64,000 nucleotides of DNA from positions 860,208 to 924,207 of the forward strand of contig BCIN01000001.1 in NCBI GenBank assembly GCA_039545335.1, read 5' to 3'. The position numbers and the translations under genes are program-made. Origin of the DNA: Kondoa subrosea (lineage: Eukaryota). The number at the start of each line of letters is the position of its first letter. Positions within the stretch are counted from its first letter, which is position 1. Under the pieces are notes generated by a model. It was not told the origin of the DNA. It did no database searches and worked only from the letters and a program-made list of their open reading frames with translations. Shown piece by piece: positions 22,873 through 35,227 of this stretch.

Positions 22873-25844
22873 ATGCCAAAAGTCGTCAGTCATTCCATCT
22901 ATCCTTAATCTATTCCATTTGACGTGTCCCTCTTTCTTCAACGATAACAGCAGAACCGATTTCGCAATCGGAAAATCAACTTCAAGACTCGTATCCCTAT
23001 CCGAACAGGCGTTCTCGATGTCACAGAAGAAGAAGACTACTCTCAAGGAGGTGAGGGAGGCGTCCTCGTCGATGCAGAAGACAAGGAAAAAGATCGGATG
23101 CGAGTCGAAACCGGTGTCGACAAGGAAGAAGAGAGTGTAAGCAGATGATTCCTGCTTTGCGCAAAGTTGCTAAGCTGGTCACATTGGTTTACAGGAAGTC
23201 CATTTACAAAAGGTCATCAATGCCTCTACAGCTTCCTACACCGCTCGTGGTTCTCCTTCTCGAGGTGGTAGCAACAAAGAAGTCGCAGCTGCTTTCATTC
23301 CAACACCCGATGCGACCGGTCATGTCTCTGATTGGGAGAAGCTCTACAAACCTCGACCGCATTCCGAACCAGTCACCTATATTCGTTTCAGCGATACAGT
23401 CGAAGATACTTCTGGCGTGGCTTACAACATGGATGAGGACGACGATGAATGGCTTCAAGCTTGCAATACTAATATCCTCGCTAATGCAGAGAGCAATAAA
23501 GCTGCTGCTCTGCAAGCAGATAGAGATGCTAGAGGAACAAGACAAGCGCCAAAAAAGAAGGATGGTCCACCTACTTCACCCTTGTCTGAACTCCACTTCG
23601 AAATGATCATGGATCACTTTGAGAGGGTTACGGAAGAACGTCTGCCTCTTCTTCGACTGGTAAGTCTGCATTTGCCAGAATTTGGGACATTTGCTGATTA
23701 CATCAATAACATAGGACATGTCTCGCTTTCCTACTTTTGCTGAACTCGAACCAACTTTCTCTTCTTCTGAATATCCACAACTCTCTTCTCTCAAAATCTT
23801 TGCCAAAATTGTTTATTCTCACTGGAAGGAACGAAGGATAAAGCGTGGAGGCAAATTCATCACACCTCAGCTAGATGTAAGTCACACTTGCTGAAGCGGT
23901 ACGAGTAGTGCTAAGTTTACGGTCTAGTACGATGAAACTGAGGATGGTCCATATGTCTGTTTCCGTCGACGTGAACTCAAGACGGTACGAAAAACTCGAA
24001 GAACAGATTCACAGAACCTCGAACGCTTAGCCAGACTCAATACGGACCTGACTGCAGCTAGAGAACTGCTAGTGCAAGTACTGGAGCGAGAACGATTGAA
24101 AAGGGACGATTTCTTGGCTGATCAGCAAGTCTTCGAAGGTCGGGTGCAAGTTCGTGATCTCAAACGGCGATTGGGCGAGAAGGATGGTGATGAAGATCTG
24201 CTTATTGGTCGAAGGGAGAAGAGGCGGCGTATGCATGATGATAACAATCTTGCTGCCAGTACTGGGTAAGCCTTGGCTTTTACTTTTCCAATAATGTCCT
24301 TATCTAATTCGAGATTCAGATCACTCAAAGTACCTCTTCGAATACCTCAAGCCAACAGAGAACATACTGTTCCAGCAACACCACCCATTGCCGACCCTCT
24401 GCAGCCTTACAAAGACCGATCTGGTCATATCGCTCAACGTATCGAGCGAGATCTCGCCAAGAAGCGCGAAGCAGATCGAGAGTGGGAAGACTTTATCGAT
24501 GGCGCTTACGCACCCTCGCCAATGTCTGCACCAAGTCGGTTTTGGCGTGCACCTGAATCTGTTCCTGTTGTTGCAAGTGACGGCACTCGAAGCGAACTTT
24601 GGGCTTTCGCATCTCCATATCCTCACGCTATGGGTGGCGTGCAGCCAAGCTTTCGCAAGAGAGTTGGCAGAGGTGGAAGGATTCTGCTGGATCGGACTAC
24701 ATCGAGTCCAAGAGAGAGCACGCAAGAAGATTCCGAACGTCGAGCTCGATTGGAATCCATGTGGAAATTTGACAGTGATTCACTTGAACTACCTGGCGCA
24801 AATTCTCAGCATTATATCGATGACTACGAAACGCCTTATATGTCAAACCGTTTGGATCTGCTACGCGGTGGCGACGTCGATTCTTGGCAACCCAGTTCCC
24901 TCTATCTCGACGAAGCAACTCGCTGGGTCACTCGAGAGCCGGACCCTCTTCCTCCTACTACAGTTGTTGGCAAACTTCCAGTCAAAGCAATGCCTGTTCC
25001 TCCGCCCATGCCGAACTTAGCTTTGCAGCAACAGCAACAACTTCAGCAGCAGCAGGCTCAGGCTCAGGCAGCTCAACAAGCAGGAAACAATGCTCCGCAG
25101 ATGCCTAGTAATCAGAACGCTGCCGTCGTTGGTCAAATGATGGCAGCCGCCAACCATGCTCAGCAAGTAGCCCAAACTCAGAACATTGCAAGAAGCTCGC
25201 CGAACGGAACATCGGTGCCTCTTCCCAATGTTGGACCTGGCACCCTTCGACGTGGTCCCTCTGTCTCTCAGTTAGGTCACAATGGGATGCCACCGAATAT
25301 GCCTATGCCTCAAGGCGTGCCATGGCAAGCAAACATGGCTGCAATGAAAGGCTTGATTGGGCAGAAGATGGATCCAGCGATGTTACAACAGTTGATACAA
25401 GCTCAACAGAATCAACAGAATGGCACTTCTCAGAACAACATGCATAGGCAGCAATTGATGAATCAAGCTGCTCAAATGGCTGCTGCGCAACAAGCTCAAG
25501 CTCAGCAACAGATGAATGGTCACTCTTCGCCTATGATCAATGCTTCTAATGGCCTGCCGATGCGAATGTCTACTCCTGGTTTTCCTGTTTCTTCCCCTAT
25601 GATGTTACCGAATGGCATGCAGCGGGCACCCAGTGCAAGCTCAGTCCATGGCTCTCCTGCAGCACAAGCAGCTCTTCTTCCTTCGATGTCACCTGCAGCT
25701 CAGAACGAAGCGCTCAATCTGGCTCGCAGCCCATCGAAACGATCGCCTAGCTTGCAAAATCAAGGCTTGCAGCAACAAGCTCCTCCTTTCAATCCGCCGT
25801 TTTCGACACCCTTCCAACAGCCAGCTCCGGCGCAACAAGCATAA
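22873..25844 (+). CDS. EPL1: Enhancer of polycomb-like protein (NuA4 subunit)
   Basis: Spliced MPKV|QNRFRNRKINFK, ETGVDKEEESEVHLQKVIN, IPTPDA, YIRFSDTVED, YNMDEDDDEWL, PYVCFRRRE, FRKRVGRGGRILLDR. Q-rich C-terminus. Confidence 0.92.
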
Positions 25845-25955
25845 ACCAAGGGAATCAATGTAATGGGTTTGTCTGATTTGGACCATTGTATATTCCGAAA
25901 GGAAATCGAATTTTAGTCACGAAACTATATACAAATGCTAGATGCACACTTAACG

Positions 25956-26282
25956 CTATTCTGCTTCGAATGCCTCTCCTCTTGCTAGACGAATAGGACC
26001 CTTTATGGACGCGTTGTGATCAATCACCGTTCCCTTCTGCTTGATCTGAAGAATGCCTTGATCTGCTAAGCGGAAGGCCAATGATCTAATCGGATCCCTG
26101 AGATCGGATATGAGCTAGAAATGATCGCTGGACTTTGCATGCACAAACATCAATTCTCGCCAATCTGCTTCGGGCAAATCAAACGCTCGTGCGACTTCTG
26201 AAGGACAGATTGTACTGATGTCCTTCCGAGCGCGTAGCAGACTCAAGATCTTCTCCTCGAGCTCATCTTCGGTCGGTTGCAT
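25956..26282 (-). CDS. DUF3253 family small protein
   Basis: MQPTEDELEEKILSLLRARKDISTICPSEVARA..WRELM|DPIRSLAFRLADQGILQIKQKG..IKGPIRLAR. TICPSEVAR, QKG and GPIRL are DUF3253 hallmarks. One intron. Confidence 0.8.
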
Positions 26283-26598
26283 TGGAACGAAGAAGAGAGC
26301 GCAAAATGCCAAATGATTGGTAGGCCAGGCTGTTAAGCGCGGACACAGGCCCAGACATGCCAAACGCAAAGGCAACAGAGCGTGTGGGCAGTGCTAATTT
26401 TTGGCGAGACATTGCTCGAGACCTGAGTTAACAAGTCGCAAACGAGACAGCTTCAAATCGCCTGACAAGGACTCAAGAATGCAGCAGACCGGAACACAAA
26501 GATTTCAGATCAAAGTGGTGCTTTCCGAATCAGCGGTCTATTTACAATGTCGTGCAATGAGATCTAATGTTCTAACCTCTTTTTTTGTTGTCAACCCT

Positions 26599-28730
26599 CT
26601 ACATCATGCCGCCCATTCCGCCCATACCAGGCATTTGTGGTGCAGCCGGACCCTTCTCTTCAGGAGCTTCAACAATAGCAGCTTCCGTTGTGAAGAGTAG
26701 AGAAGCGACACCGGTCGAATCCAATAAAGCAGTCTTGACGACTTTGAGAGGATCCAGGATACCAGCAGCAATCATATCGCAGTATTCACCCTTTTGGGCA
26801 TTGTAGCCCATATGGAAATCTTCGCCGTATTGATCTAGAAGCTTGCCTACGACTACGGAACCTTCTTCGCCGGCATTTTCTACTATCGTTCTTGATGGTC
26901 TTGTGAGCGCAGAGCGAGTGATAGAGATACCTAAATTCTGATCGAAGTTGGCTCCAGTCATTCCATTGAGAATTCGAGATGCCTGTCAGATCAGTTGCTT
27001 TCTAAGCACAAACCGTGCATGAAAGTACGAGGTACTGACCTTAAGAAGAGCGACACCTCCACCAGGTACGATACCTTCCTCCACAGCCGCCCTTGTAGCG
27101 TTCAAAGCATCATCAAATCGATCCTTCTTCTCTCCAACTTCCACTTCCGAAGATCCACCAACTTTAATGACAGCTACACCGCCTGAAAGTTTCGCTAATC
27201 GTTCTTGCAATTTGGTCTTGTCGTAATCAGAAGTAGTCTTGTCGTTGATCATGGATCGAATTTGTTCGCATCGTTCATTGATGAGTGATTTAGTTCCTTC
27301 ACCATTGAGAAGGATAGTATCATCTTTAGTAACTGTGACTGCTCCAGTTGATCCTAATAAATCAGGTGTAGCTTTTTCGAGTTTGATATCCAGTTCATCG
27401 GTAAAGACTGTTCCACCAGTCAAGATTGCTAAGTCGCCTAGGATAGATTTCCTGTTATCACCGAAACCAGGTGCTTTGACTGCTGTGACTTGTAATTGAC
27501 CACGAAGCTTGTTGAGAATGCAAGCAGCTAAAGCTTCGCCATCTACATCTTCGGCAATGATCAGTAGAGGACGTCTTTGTTGAGCTGCAGCTTCAAGTGA
27601 AGGTAGGATATCTTGAAGGAGAGAAATCTTCTTCTCTGACAAAAGGATAAGAGGTTTTTCGTATTCAACTTTCTGCGACTTGACATCGGTCACGAAATAT
27701 GGTCTGTACGAAGACGGACAGATTTTAGCTGTAAATCGGCTAAAATGGTACGATCACGTACGAAATATAACCTCTGTCGAACTTCATGCCTTCGGTAATT
27801 TCAATCTCATCTTCAATGGTCTTGCCTTCTTTGACGGTAATAACACCTTCTTTGCCTACTTTCTCCATCGCTTGAGCAATCATAGCACCGACATGGGCAT
27901 CTCCGTTTGCTGATATTGTCGCTACTTGAGCGATTTCAGCAGAAGTAGTGATTGACCTTTTGTTCTCGTCTAGGAATTTGATTACAGCGCTGTATAGTTA
28001 GGAAATCAGCTCTGGTCATGCCTGTATTGAGAAGTACGGAAACTGACTCGACTGCTTGTTGAGAACCTCGACGAAGATCCATTGGTGAGCAACCAGCAGC
28101 AACGTTCTTGACACCTTCAGAGTAAATTGCTCGAGTAAGGACTGTAGCTGTTGTTGTACCATCACCAGCGACTTCGTTTGTCTTGTTAGCAACGTCAGTT
28201 ACTAGTCTGTTCATAGAATATGATCAGAAGAATATGGGAAAACAAGATGAACGCGGGCATACCTGGCTCCTAGATTTTGGAACTTGTCTTGCAAGTTAAT
28301 TGCTTTGGCTACAGTTACACCGTCCTTTGTGATCTTTGGTCCTCCATAAGGCTGTGAGAGGTCACTTTACTACATCGGACTAGTCTGATATAGTAAATTG
28401 CTGCTCACCTGTTCAATAATCACGTTCCTTCCTTTGGGCCCAAGAGTGACTGAGACAGCTTTCGCCAATACATCTACACCAGCAAGCATGGCTGCTCTCC
28501 TACAGAAGTCAAAAAGCGTAGAAATGAGCAAAGAAGAAAGTTGCTACAGAAGGGGGCTCTTGACATACGCTTCATTGCTGAATTTGACTTCCTGCATTTA
28601 TTGCAAGCATTATGAGCAAGTGGCTATTTTGTAGAAAGTGAGATAAGCTAACCTTGTGAGCATAACGCACGCCAGCGCGCTTGGGTACAGCTGATTTACT
28701 AGCTCCTCTCTTTGCAGCAGCAGATAACAT
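26599..28730 (-). CDS. HSP60: Mitochondrial chaperonin Hsp60 (GroEL homologue)
   Basis: Basic presequence [60 protein letters not shown]-repeat tail. Confidence 0.98.
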
Positions 28731-28833
28731 GATTGATGATTGATGGTTCTTGGATGAAGAAATTATTTAGTTGTCGGCGATTCTCGAAGTTTTCGACGAC
28801 CCTTACTCCAGATCCACCTTCAAGTTCGCAGCA
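28731..28833. promoter_or_regulatory. Putative bidirectional HSP60/HSP10 promoter with a heat-shock-element-like motif
   Basis: Only 103 bp separate the divergent ATGs. TTCtcGAAgtTTTC at 28781-28794 resembles nTTCnnGAAnnTTC with an imperfect third unit. Confidence 0.6.
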
Positions 28834-29460
28834 ATGGTAAGATCCAGTCTCATCATAGCTGCAAGACTGCGTGGACTGATCAGTCATCGCAGGCCCTTTC
28901 CATTAGAAACATCAAAGTAAGCTGTCGGCAGCAATTCTGCGTCATGTGCTTTGGCTCAAGCAAGTAACCCTATTGTTTTAGTCTGTCGTACCTCTTTTGG
29001 ATCGTATTCTGGTCCAGAAGATCAAACCAGTAGAAGTGAGTTTACATCCATCTTATAGTCAAGCACGCTAATCCAGTTTGTTCCTCGCTAGAAAACAGCT
29101 AGTGGCATCTTCTTACCCTCTGTAGCATCAGCTGCATCAACAGCACCAACAGAAGCTACCGTCTTAGCTGTTGGTCCAGGTTATAAAGACAAGAAAGGAA
29201 ACACGATAGCTTTGTCTGTACAAACGGGAGATAAAGTCTTGCTTCCTCAGTTTGGTGGAACGACGCTCAAGGTTGGAGATGATGTGAGTAGTCTTCTAGC
29301 TGTTGCGAGTTCTTTTTGCTCAGTCAGGAGGTAATCCACAGGAGTACCACATGTTCAGGGTCAGTTCCGAGTGTTGTTCTGCGATTATGCGATTATGATA
29401 GCGCTGAACACTATCTCACATTGACAGGACAGCGAGATCTTGGCCAAGCTATCAGAATAG
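28834..29460 (+). CDS. HSP10: Mitochondrial co-chaperonin Hsp10 (GroES homologue), 6 exons; missed by the ORF track
   Basis: M|ALSIRNIK|SVVPLLDRILVQKIKPVE|KTASGIFLP...VLAVGPG...GDKVLLPQFGGTTLKVGDD|EYHMFR|DSEILAKLSE*. Confidence 0.95.
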
Positions 29461-29752
29461 AATATCGCCTTCAAGCGGAGGACAGTAAAATTGTATATTG
29501 CATCGCGCACGCTGAAATCAGCAAACTTCATCTTCACCACTCATTTATCTCTCTTGTGCTGTCTACTTCTGTTCTTCCCCTTGCTTTCGATTCTTGTTTA
29601 CGTTTGCCTCGATTCAAGACTCTTCCAAGAGTTTGGCTCGCAGCGCACTCGTTGCACAATGAGACCGAAGTTCATGACTGCTTGGTTGCTGTATATCTCA
29701 CAATGCGTTATGCCCGTGAAACATGTCCACAATGTATTATACACTTATAAGT

Positions 29753-31868
29753 CTATTGCACATCCATTTCTTTGCTTTCACTTTCTATCTGACCCAATTC
29801 CTCGTATTCCCCTTTCGACACCGTTGCTCGATGATCAGGCATGGTCAAAAACAAACAACCTTGCACTAAGAGGAAGAAGATCATTGTTGGCGGTAAAGGA
29901 CTTAAAGTCGTCGAATCTGCCATTTTCCCAAAAGCCCATGGAACTGTTCAATTGTCTCTCAATAAAAATAGAAGGAAAAGCAATCAAGTACACTGACTAC
30001 TTGCTCCTCCGGAAAAACCAGCTGCAATGCCTATTCCTAGTATACTGGATCGTTGATCATCGTCCACCTGTTGAGCTGCATAACCAAGTACGTGCGGCGT
30101 AACAGGGCCCTAATGAACATTTGCTTTAAGGCGAGTCTCCCTAGGATTTGATTGAAAACTCACCCAAAGATATCCAATTGCATAAATGCACAAACCATCG
30201 ATGATTGCGCTTGGAGAGATCCAGATCAGTCCGATAGCTAGACATATACCTAGCGCATGTTCTAGAGGGAATCTTTGATCTTCCGTAGCGTTTGGCCAAA
30301 ACTTTCTTAATCGTAGCATTAATTTTTGTAAAGGTTCTTCTATGGCTGAGAATGGTCGTAAGGAGGTTTTAGACATGATAAAAGGTAGCATTCGACCAGA
30401 TGCGATTCCTGCCGAGCTGTACATTGGTCCTAATCTCAGGCGAAATTACACCAAGAGATTGTAGGAGCACGTACAAAGCTGCTAAAAGCATTCGAGACAG
30501 CGTCGGATCCAGTTGTTTCACATTGAGTAGATAACTCGGTAGCCAGTCTGCTATCAAGAAGTGGAAGGAGTACTACTTTGCATATCAGCTGAAGTAATTT
30601 GACTGTGCATGTAAGCTTACGCCAATGTACATGACTGTTATCGTGAGCCAAACTGTTGGCAGCCGCAATAACATCCGAAAACGATCAAGAGCAGACAAAT
30701 TATCCTTTGCTGCTTAATGTGTTAGATCAAAGGGACTTCCACAGTCAATCGAAACTCACCTAGACTTTGCTCGGACGCTTTCTCATCCGCGAAAGCATAC
30801 CACTGATAAATCAAAACCGGTATTGTTCCAGCAGCAACGATGAAGAAATAGTACTTCAACACCTAAGTCAGATTCACGCAGGCGATACTCAGGCAAATTT
30901 AAGCCTCACATTCCATGTCCAGCCCATTTTGACAAAAGTGCCAATACTGAAATCAAAAGATGTTATGAGCGGCAATAAAACTGATTGACATAGGAAGAGA
31001 GCCTCACATCACAGGAGAAGCCAATCCGCCAATATGTATAAAACCCCTTTGTTTCTTCCAGCATCAACATTCTGTAATTTTTTTGGGCGTGACATATAAG
31101 CTCACCATAACAGTTGAAACTTCATCCTGTCCAATCCATGACCCAAAGTAGATATTATCGTTTCATAGAATCCACCCGCTAGACCTAGTTGAAAGATCGC
31201 TAGGAAGACTATTGAAAGATGAGGCTCCAATCCTAGTAGGAAGCCACCAAAGAGCCAGCATGAAATAGCGACCTGCCAATATGCAAGCGCGGGTTCAATA
31301 GGTGAATCGAGGAGAAGGAGAAGGAAGAAACCGCCTACAGTGATAGCTCCTCTAGTACCAAGTTGTTGACTGAGATAATTGACAGACATGCAGCCGACCA
31401 TCTATGCGACGCAATACGACAAAAGTCAGCACATGTCAGTGCTGAACGCCTGAATAGACTGACCATTCCTAGCGACTGTCTGCTTCTTTCTCAATACTCC
31501 CTCTATAATGATTACAGAATATTAACGCACGGGATTACTAGTTGTCCAAGTCTACCTATAGACAGATTACTTTGCAATTCAATAATTTCAGCTACGACAA
31601 ACTCAATCACAAAATGATCAGAAAGAAAACTTACTAGGCGGTCTTGAAAGCAGGTAAATTCGTTCCGAGACAAGCTTCTACTCCCTAAACGTAGTGCGTT
31701 GGCTATTATAGGGTGAAAGAGCAGTAGGAATCAAACCATACCCCACAGAATAACTACATAGACAGATGTTAGCTTACAGAGAAGAAGGAAAAGAAGGAGA
31801 AGACGAGCCATCATTCCCGCCAAGTAGTGAAAGAGCTGATTCGCATCTTTGGCTTTTGCTTCAGTCAT
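29753..31868 (-). CDS. MFS transporter (fucose permease / BSC6-like), many exons
   Basis: Hydrophobic exons GVEACLGTNLP, FLAIFQLGLAGGFYETIIS, GIASGRMLPF and AIGYLW..GP. Ends PWAFGKMADSTTLSPLPPTMIFFLLVQGCLFLTMP...MDVQ*. Confidence 0.7.
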
Positions 31869-32047
31869 GCACTGAAAATCTCAAGATGTAGAGGAAACGA
31901 AGGGAAAGCGGAGAAGACGAGTGGAAGAGGTGTGAGTAGCTCTCGAAAAGCTTGGGACAGAAGACTGAGCCCGCAGCTAGCTTCAGCTTGAGTTGAGAGG
32001 TAGATTTGGAAAACAGTAGATCACACTCTTCATCCTAAACTTCCACC

Positions 32048-33249
32048 ATGGCGAGAAATGAAGAAAAGGCACAGTGCGTCTCAATTAAGTGTCTGTCATA
32101 TGTGTGATTACAGCTGACGATTTCGCGTACAGATCTATGCTGTTTCGATTCCGAGAATCCAAAGCCGCTGAAATGGGTTTGGTAGCTCGAGGCGACAAAC
32201 GACCTAGGGTAGCTAGTTTGTGCACGGATTTAAGACAATGTGAACGATGGAGAGGTGAATTGCTCAAAGATGTGAGTAGGAAAGTGTCTAAAATTCAAGA
32301 TCGTTCGTTCTTCTCTTCTCTCTCAATGTACATGGATTGGCTTAGCATGAGCTCACAGAGGGAATGTCGGATTATGAAGTTCGAGACTTGAACGATGAAA
32401 TCAATAAGCTACTAAGGGAGAAATGGCATTGGGAGAATCAGATTATAAACTTGGGTGGTGCAAATTACAGAAGAGCTGCTCCAGAAATGATCAACCCTGA
32501 TGGATCTAAAGTACCTGGAATGAGAGGATACAAGTACGTTTACCCAGGCTCATGCTGTTTGTCGCTATGCTCATTGGATTTTCAGATACTTCGGTCGAGC
32601 GAAAGAGCTACCTGGTGTCAAAGAGCTATTTGAAGAGCAGGGTAAGCGTCCTCTTCAACGTGCTGTGTCATCAGCTTACATGTTTGGGGCGTATACAGCC
32701 GCGGAAGCATCATTGGAAGCATCTTACAAGAACGAGAGGAAAACAATCTTTGATAATGTTGGGCCAGAGTACTACGGAGATCAAGAAGAGCAGAACGAGG
32801 AATTATTAAAGTCTGAGCGAGAAGCAGAGGAAGAAGGTAAGCACATGTCTATCACGGCAAATGCTTGCTCTGATTTATAACACACAGCCTGGATTGAGCA
32901 ATGGGCTACTTTAGCGACAATTATAGGATTCCCAGAAGATACACCTGCACCACCTTGTCCTCGAGCAGAATACATTACATTAGGCGGATCTTCTTCCGCG
33001 GCAACAGATGTCGATGAGAACTCAAGTACATCAGCTTCAACGGGAGAGAAGCGCAAAGCATCATCCAATGACGAAGAAGCAGCTACAAAGAAGACAAAAG
33101 GAGCAATAGAAGGAAGTGGTGCTGGTCATCGAATTCTTACAGCTCTAAGAGCAATAGATCTACAACCGCCAAAGATGCTCACTGCAGAAGAAATAGAAGC
33201 TGCCATCCTACAGCGACAAAAGCAAGACTTGCTCAAGGAATATGTATAA
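32048..33249 (+). CDS. ISY1: Pre-mRNA splicing factor Isy1 (Prp19/NTC complex)
   Basis: MARNEEKAQ|SMLFRFRE, CERWRGELLKDVSRKVSKIQD, RDLNDEINKLLREKWHWE, YKYFGRAKELPGVKELF. Confidence 0.96.
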
Positions 33250-33325
33250 CCAGTAGTACTGTTTCTATTCTAATTGTACATTTGGGGGTTTTTGCATGCC
33301 TAATCTTTTCCCTCCGTACTATTTT

Positions 33326-35101
33326 TCATCTACCTCTTTGTTTCCTTATTCTCTTCCTTATCTTATTAGCCCTCTTGAAAGCCAATACGCTTTTCCCAGT
33401 TCTCGTTCGCATATGCATCGCTTTCCTATTCTTACCAACCCTGAACCTACTTTGTCCAATAACTCCAGATCTCTGCCAACGGATCAATCTCGCTTCCGTT
33501 CTTCTTGCTAATTCTTGTTTCCTCAATTGATTGGTTGAAGTTGTTTCTGGTCGAGGATAAAGTGCGTTGTGTGTGGTTTGAGTCAGATAAGCATCTACTG
33601 TAAGTTTCACTCTATCGAGGAAAGGTGTGTCTTGAGCGACAGTCAAGGAATTGACGTTTGGTGGAATCCCAGTAAAAGTTTCGATACTTTTTATTGGCTG
33701 TATTGCTCCAGAAGAAGAAGAAGCAGGAGAAGGAGGTGAAGGTAATGTTAACCGTTGACGACCATCTTCGAGAAGGAAATAACTTGGACCAGTAAAAGTT
33801 AGATCATCTAATGACCAAGATCCTAGTCGACCATCACGAAAAGCGGTGATCAACCATCTATAAGCTCGCTCTTCATCCACTACACCACCTTTCTTCAAGG
33901 CGCCAATACGTTGAGCGACACCGATGACGAATTCTGATAGGTCATTAGTAGGAAGAGGAGGTGATAAAGATTTGATGCCATCAGCTATAGTCCCAGTCAG
34001 AGAGTAGGTTACGGTGATGACCGAGTTACGTACGCAAGAGATGATGAGGTGTTGGATTTTCGGTATTGAAGAAGCGATGATTGATGCGGAAGAGAAGATA
34101 GTCGGCTAATATTTCTAGATCGATTAGACCTTCTTTAATCCCGCCTGTGATGTCCACGACCTATCAGCGCATTGAAATACTCAAGCAATCTGGACCTGAC
34201 CACTGAGAGCCAATTTCACAGCTTGTTCTGAATTATAGTCTCCCTTGCCCAAATAAGTGCGCATAATGCCTGGCGTATCATGAATGTAGGTATTCGGTTT
34301 CTCCCATACTTTGACTACGCTTGTGACTTTTCGAGTAACACCTGCTTCTGCACCGGTGAAAGCAGCTTTGCCTAAGTCATGCTCGCTCAGGTTTGGGTGA
34401 TGGATTATAGGTTACGACTAACCTTTGTGTACTCCAACTCGTCGAAGGGCGTTCAAGAAGGAAGATTTGCCAACGTTAGGCATACCGACGATCATGATTT
34501 GCAAGTCTTCTGGATCTTGCCCGTAGTTTGGTTCAGGAAGAAGTCTTTGTCTACCTCGAGGAGCTGGAGATAAACCTGTTGCGAAGCGATGTTTTGCTTC
34601 TTGGGCGAGTTCTGCGGGCATATAATATACTAAGTGTGACAGAATGGACCTGAACGTTGCCGCGAATCACCTATAGCTTGATGAAGTACTTGACGCACAT
34701 CGCTATCTATTCGAGTATCCACGAAAGCGACTGTATGATCCAAATGCTGCTCGAAAGCTCTTTTGAGTGGTTCTTCAAATCTTCGATCGCCCAAATCTCG
34801 CTTGCAATACACAACGAGTCTAGAGGCTCTTTGGCCCAAAGATGTACCAGAGAAGCGGGAGAAAGCAGGATTGATGCTCGTCAGTGGTAGACGAGCATCC
34901 CTGACTTCGATCAAAAGGTCACATCGAGCAATTCGTTCATCCATTACGCGGAGAGCCTTGCGCATATGCCCAGGGTACCATGACTGAAGTATATAGAGAG
35001 GATAGAGAATCAACACAACGATGGGTCTAAGGTACAGCGAAAGAACGGACAGGCAGAACTGAAGGAAACGCGAAAAAAGGCTTAGGAATGAAGGGAGTCA
35101 T
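33326..35101 (-). CDS. MTG1: Mitochondrial ribosome-associated GTPase 1 (YlqF/RbgA family)
   Basis: SWYPGHM, EVRDARLPLTSINP, MIVGMPNVGKSS, GVTR and DTPG in the circularly permuted GTPase order. Also FRDGRLG. Confidence 0.92.
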
Positions 35102-35227
35102 GGGAATTTGCTTCTTATGCTATATCAGACGCATTGTATCGAGCTTCTAGACAATTCAGACAATCTTGAAGCGATGCAGGTCACAGTCCGAGAGCAAAAG
35201 AATTCATGTTGATTTCGGAAAGCGATC

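Noticed and set aside
25020..25520. CAG/CAA-rich repeats
   Set aside because: Encode the ordinary Gln/Ala-rich tail of Epl1.
29316..30102. Plus-strand ORFs of 144 and 203 aa
   Set aside because: They overlap HSP10 introns and UTR and the antisense strand of the MFS gene. Shadow ORFs.
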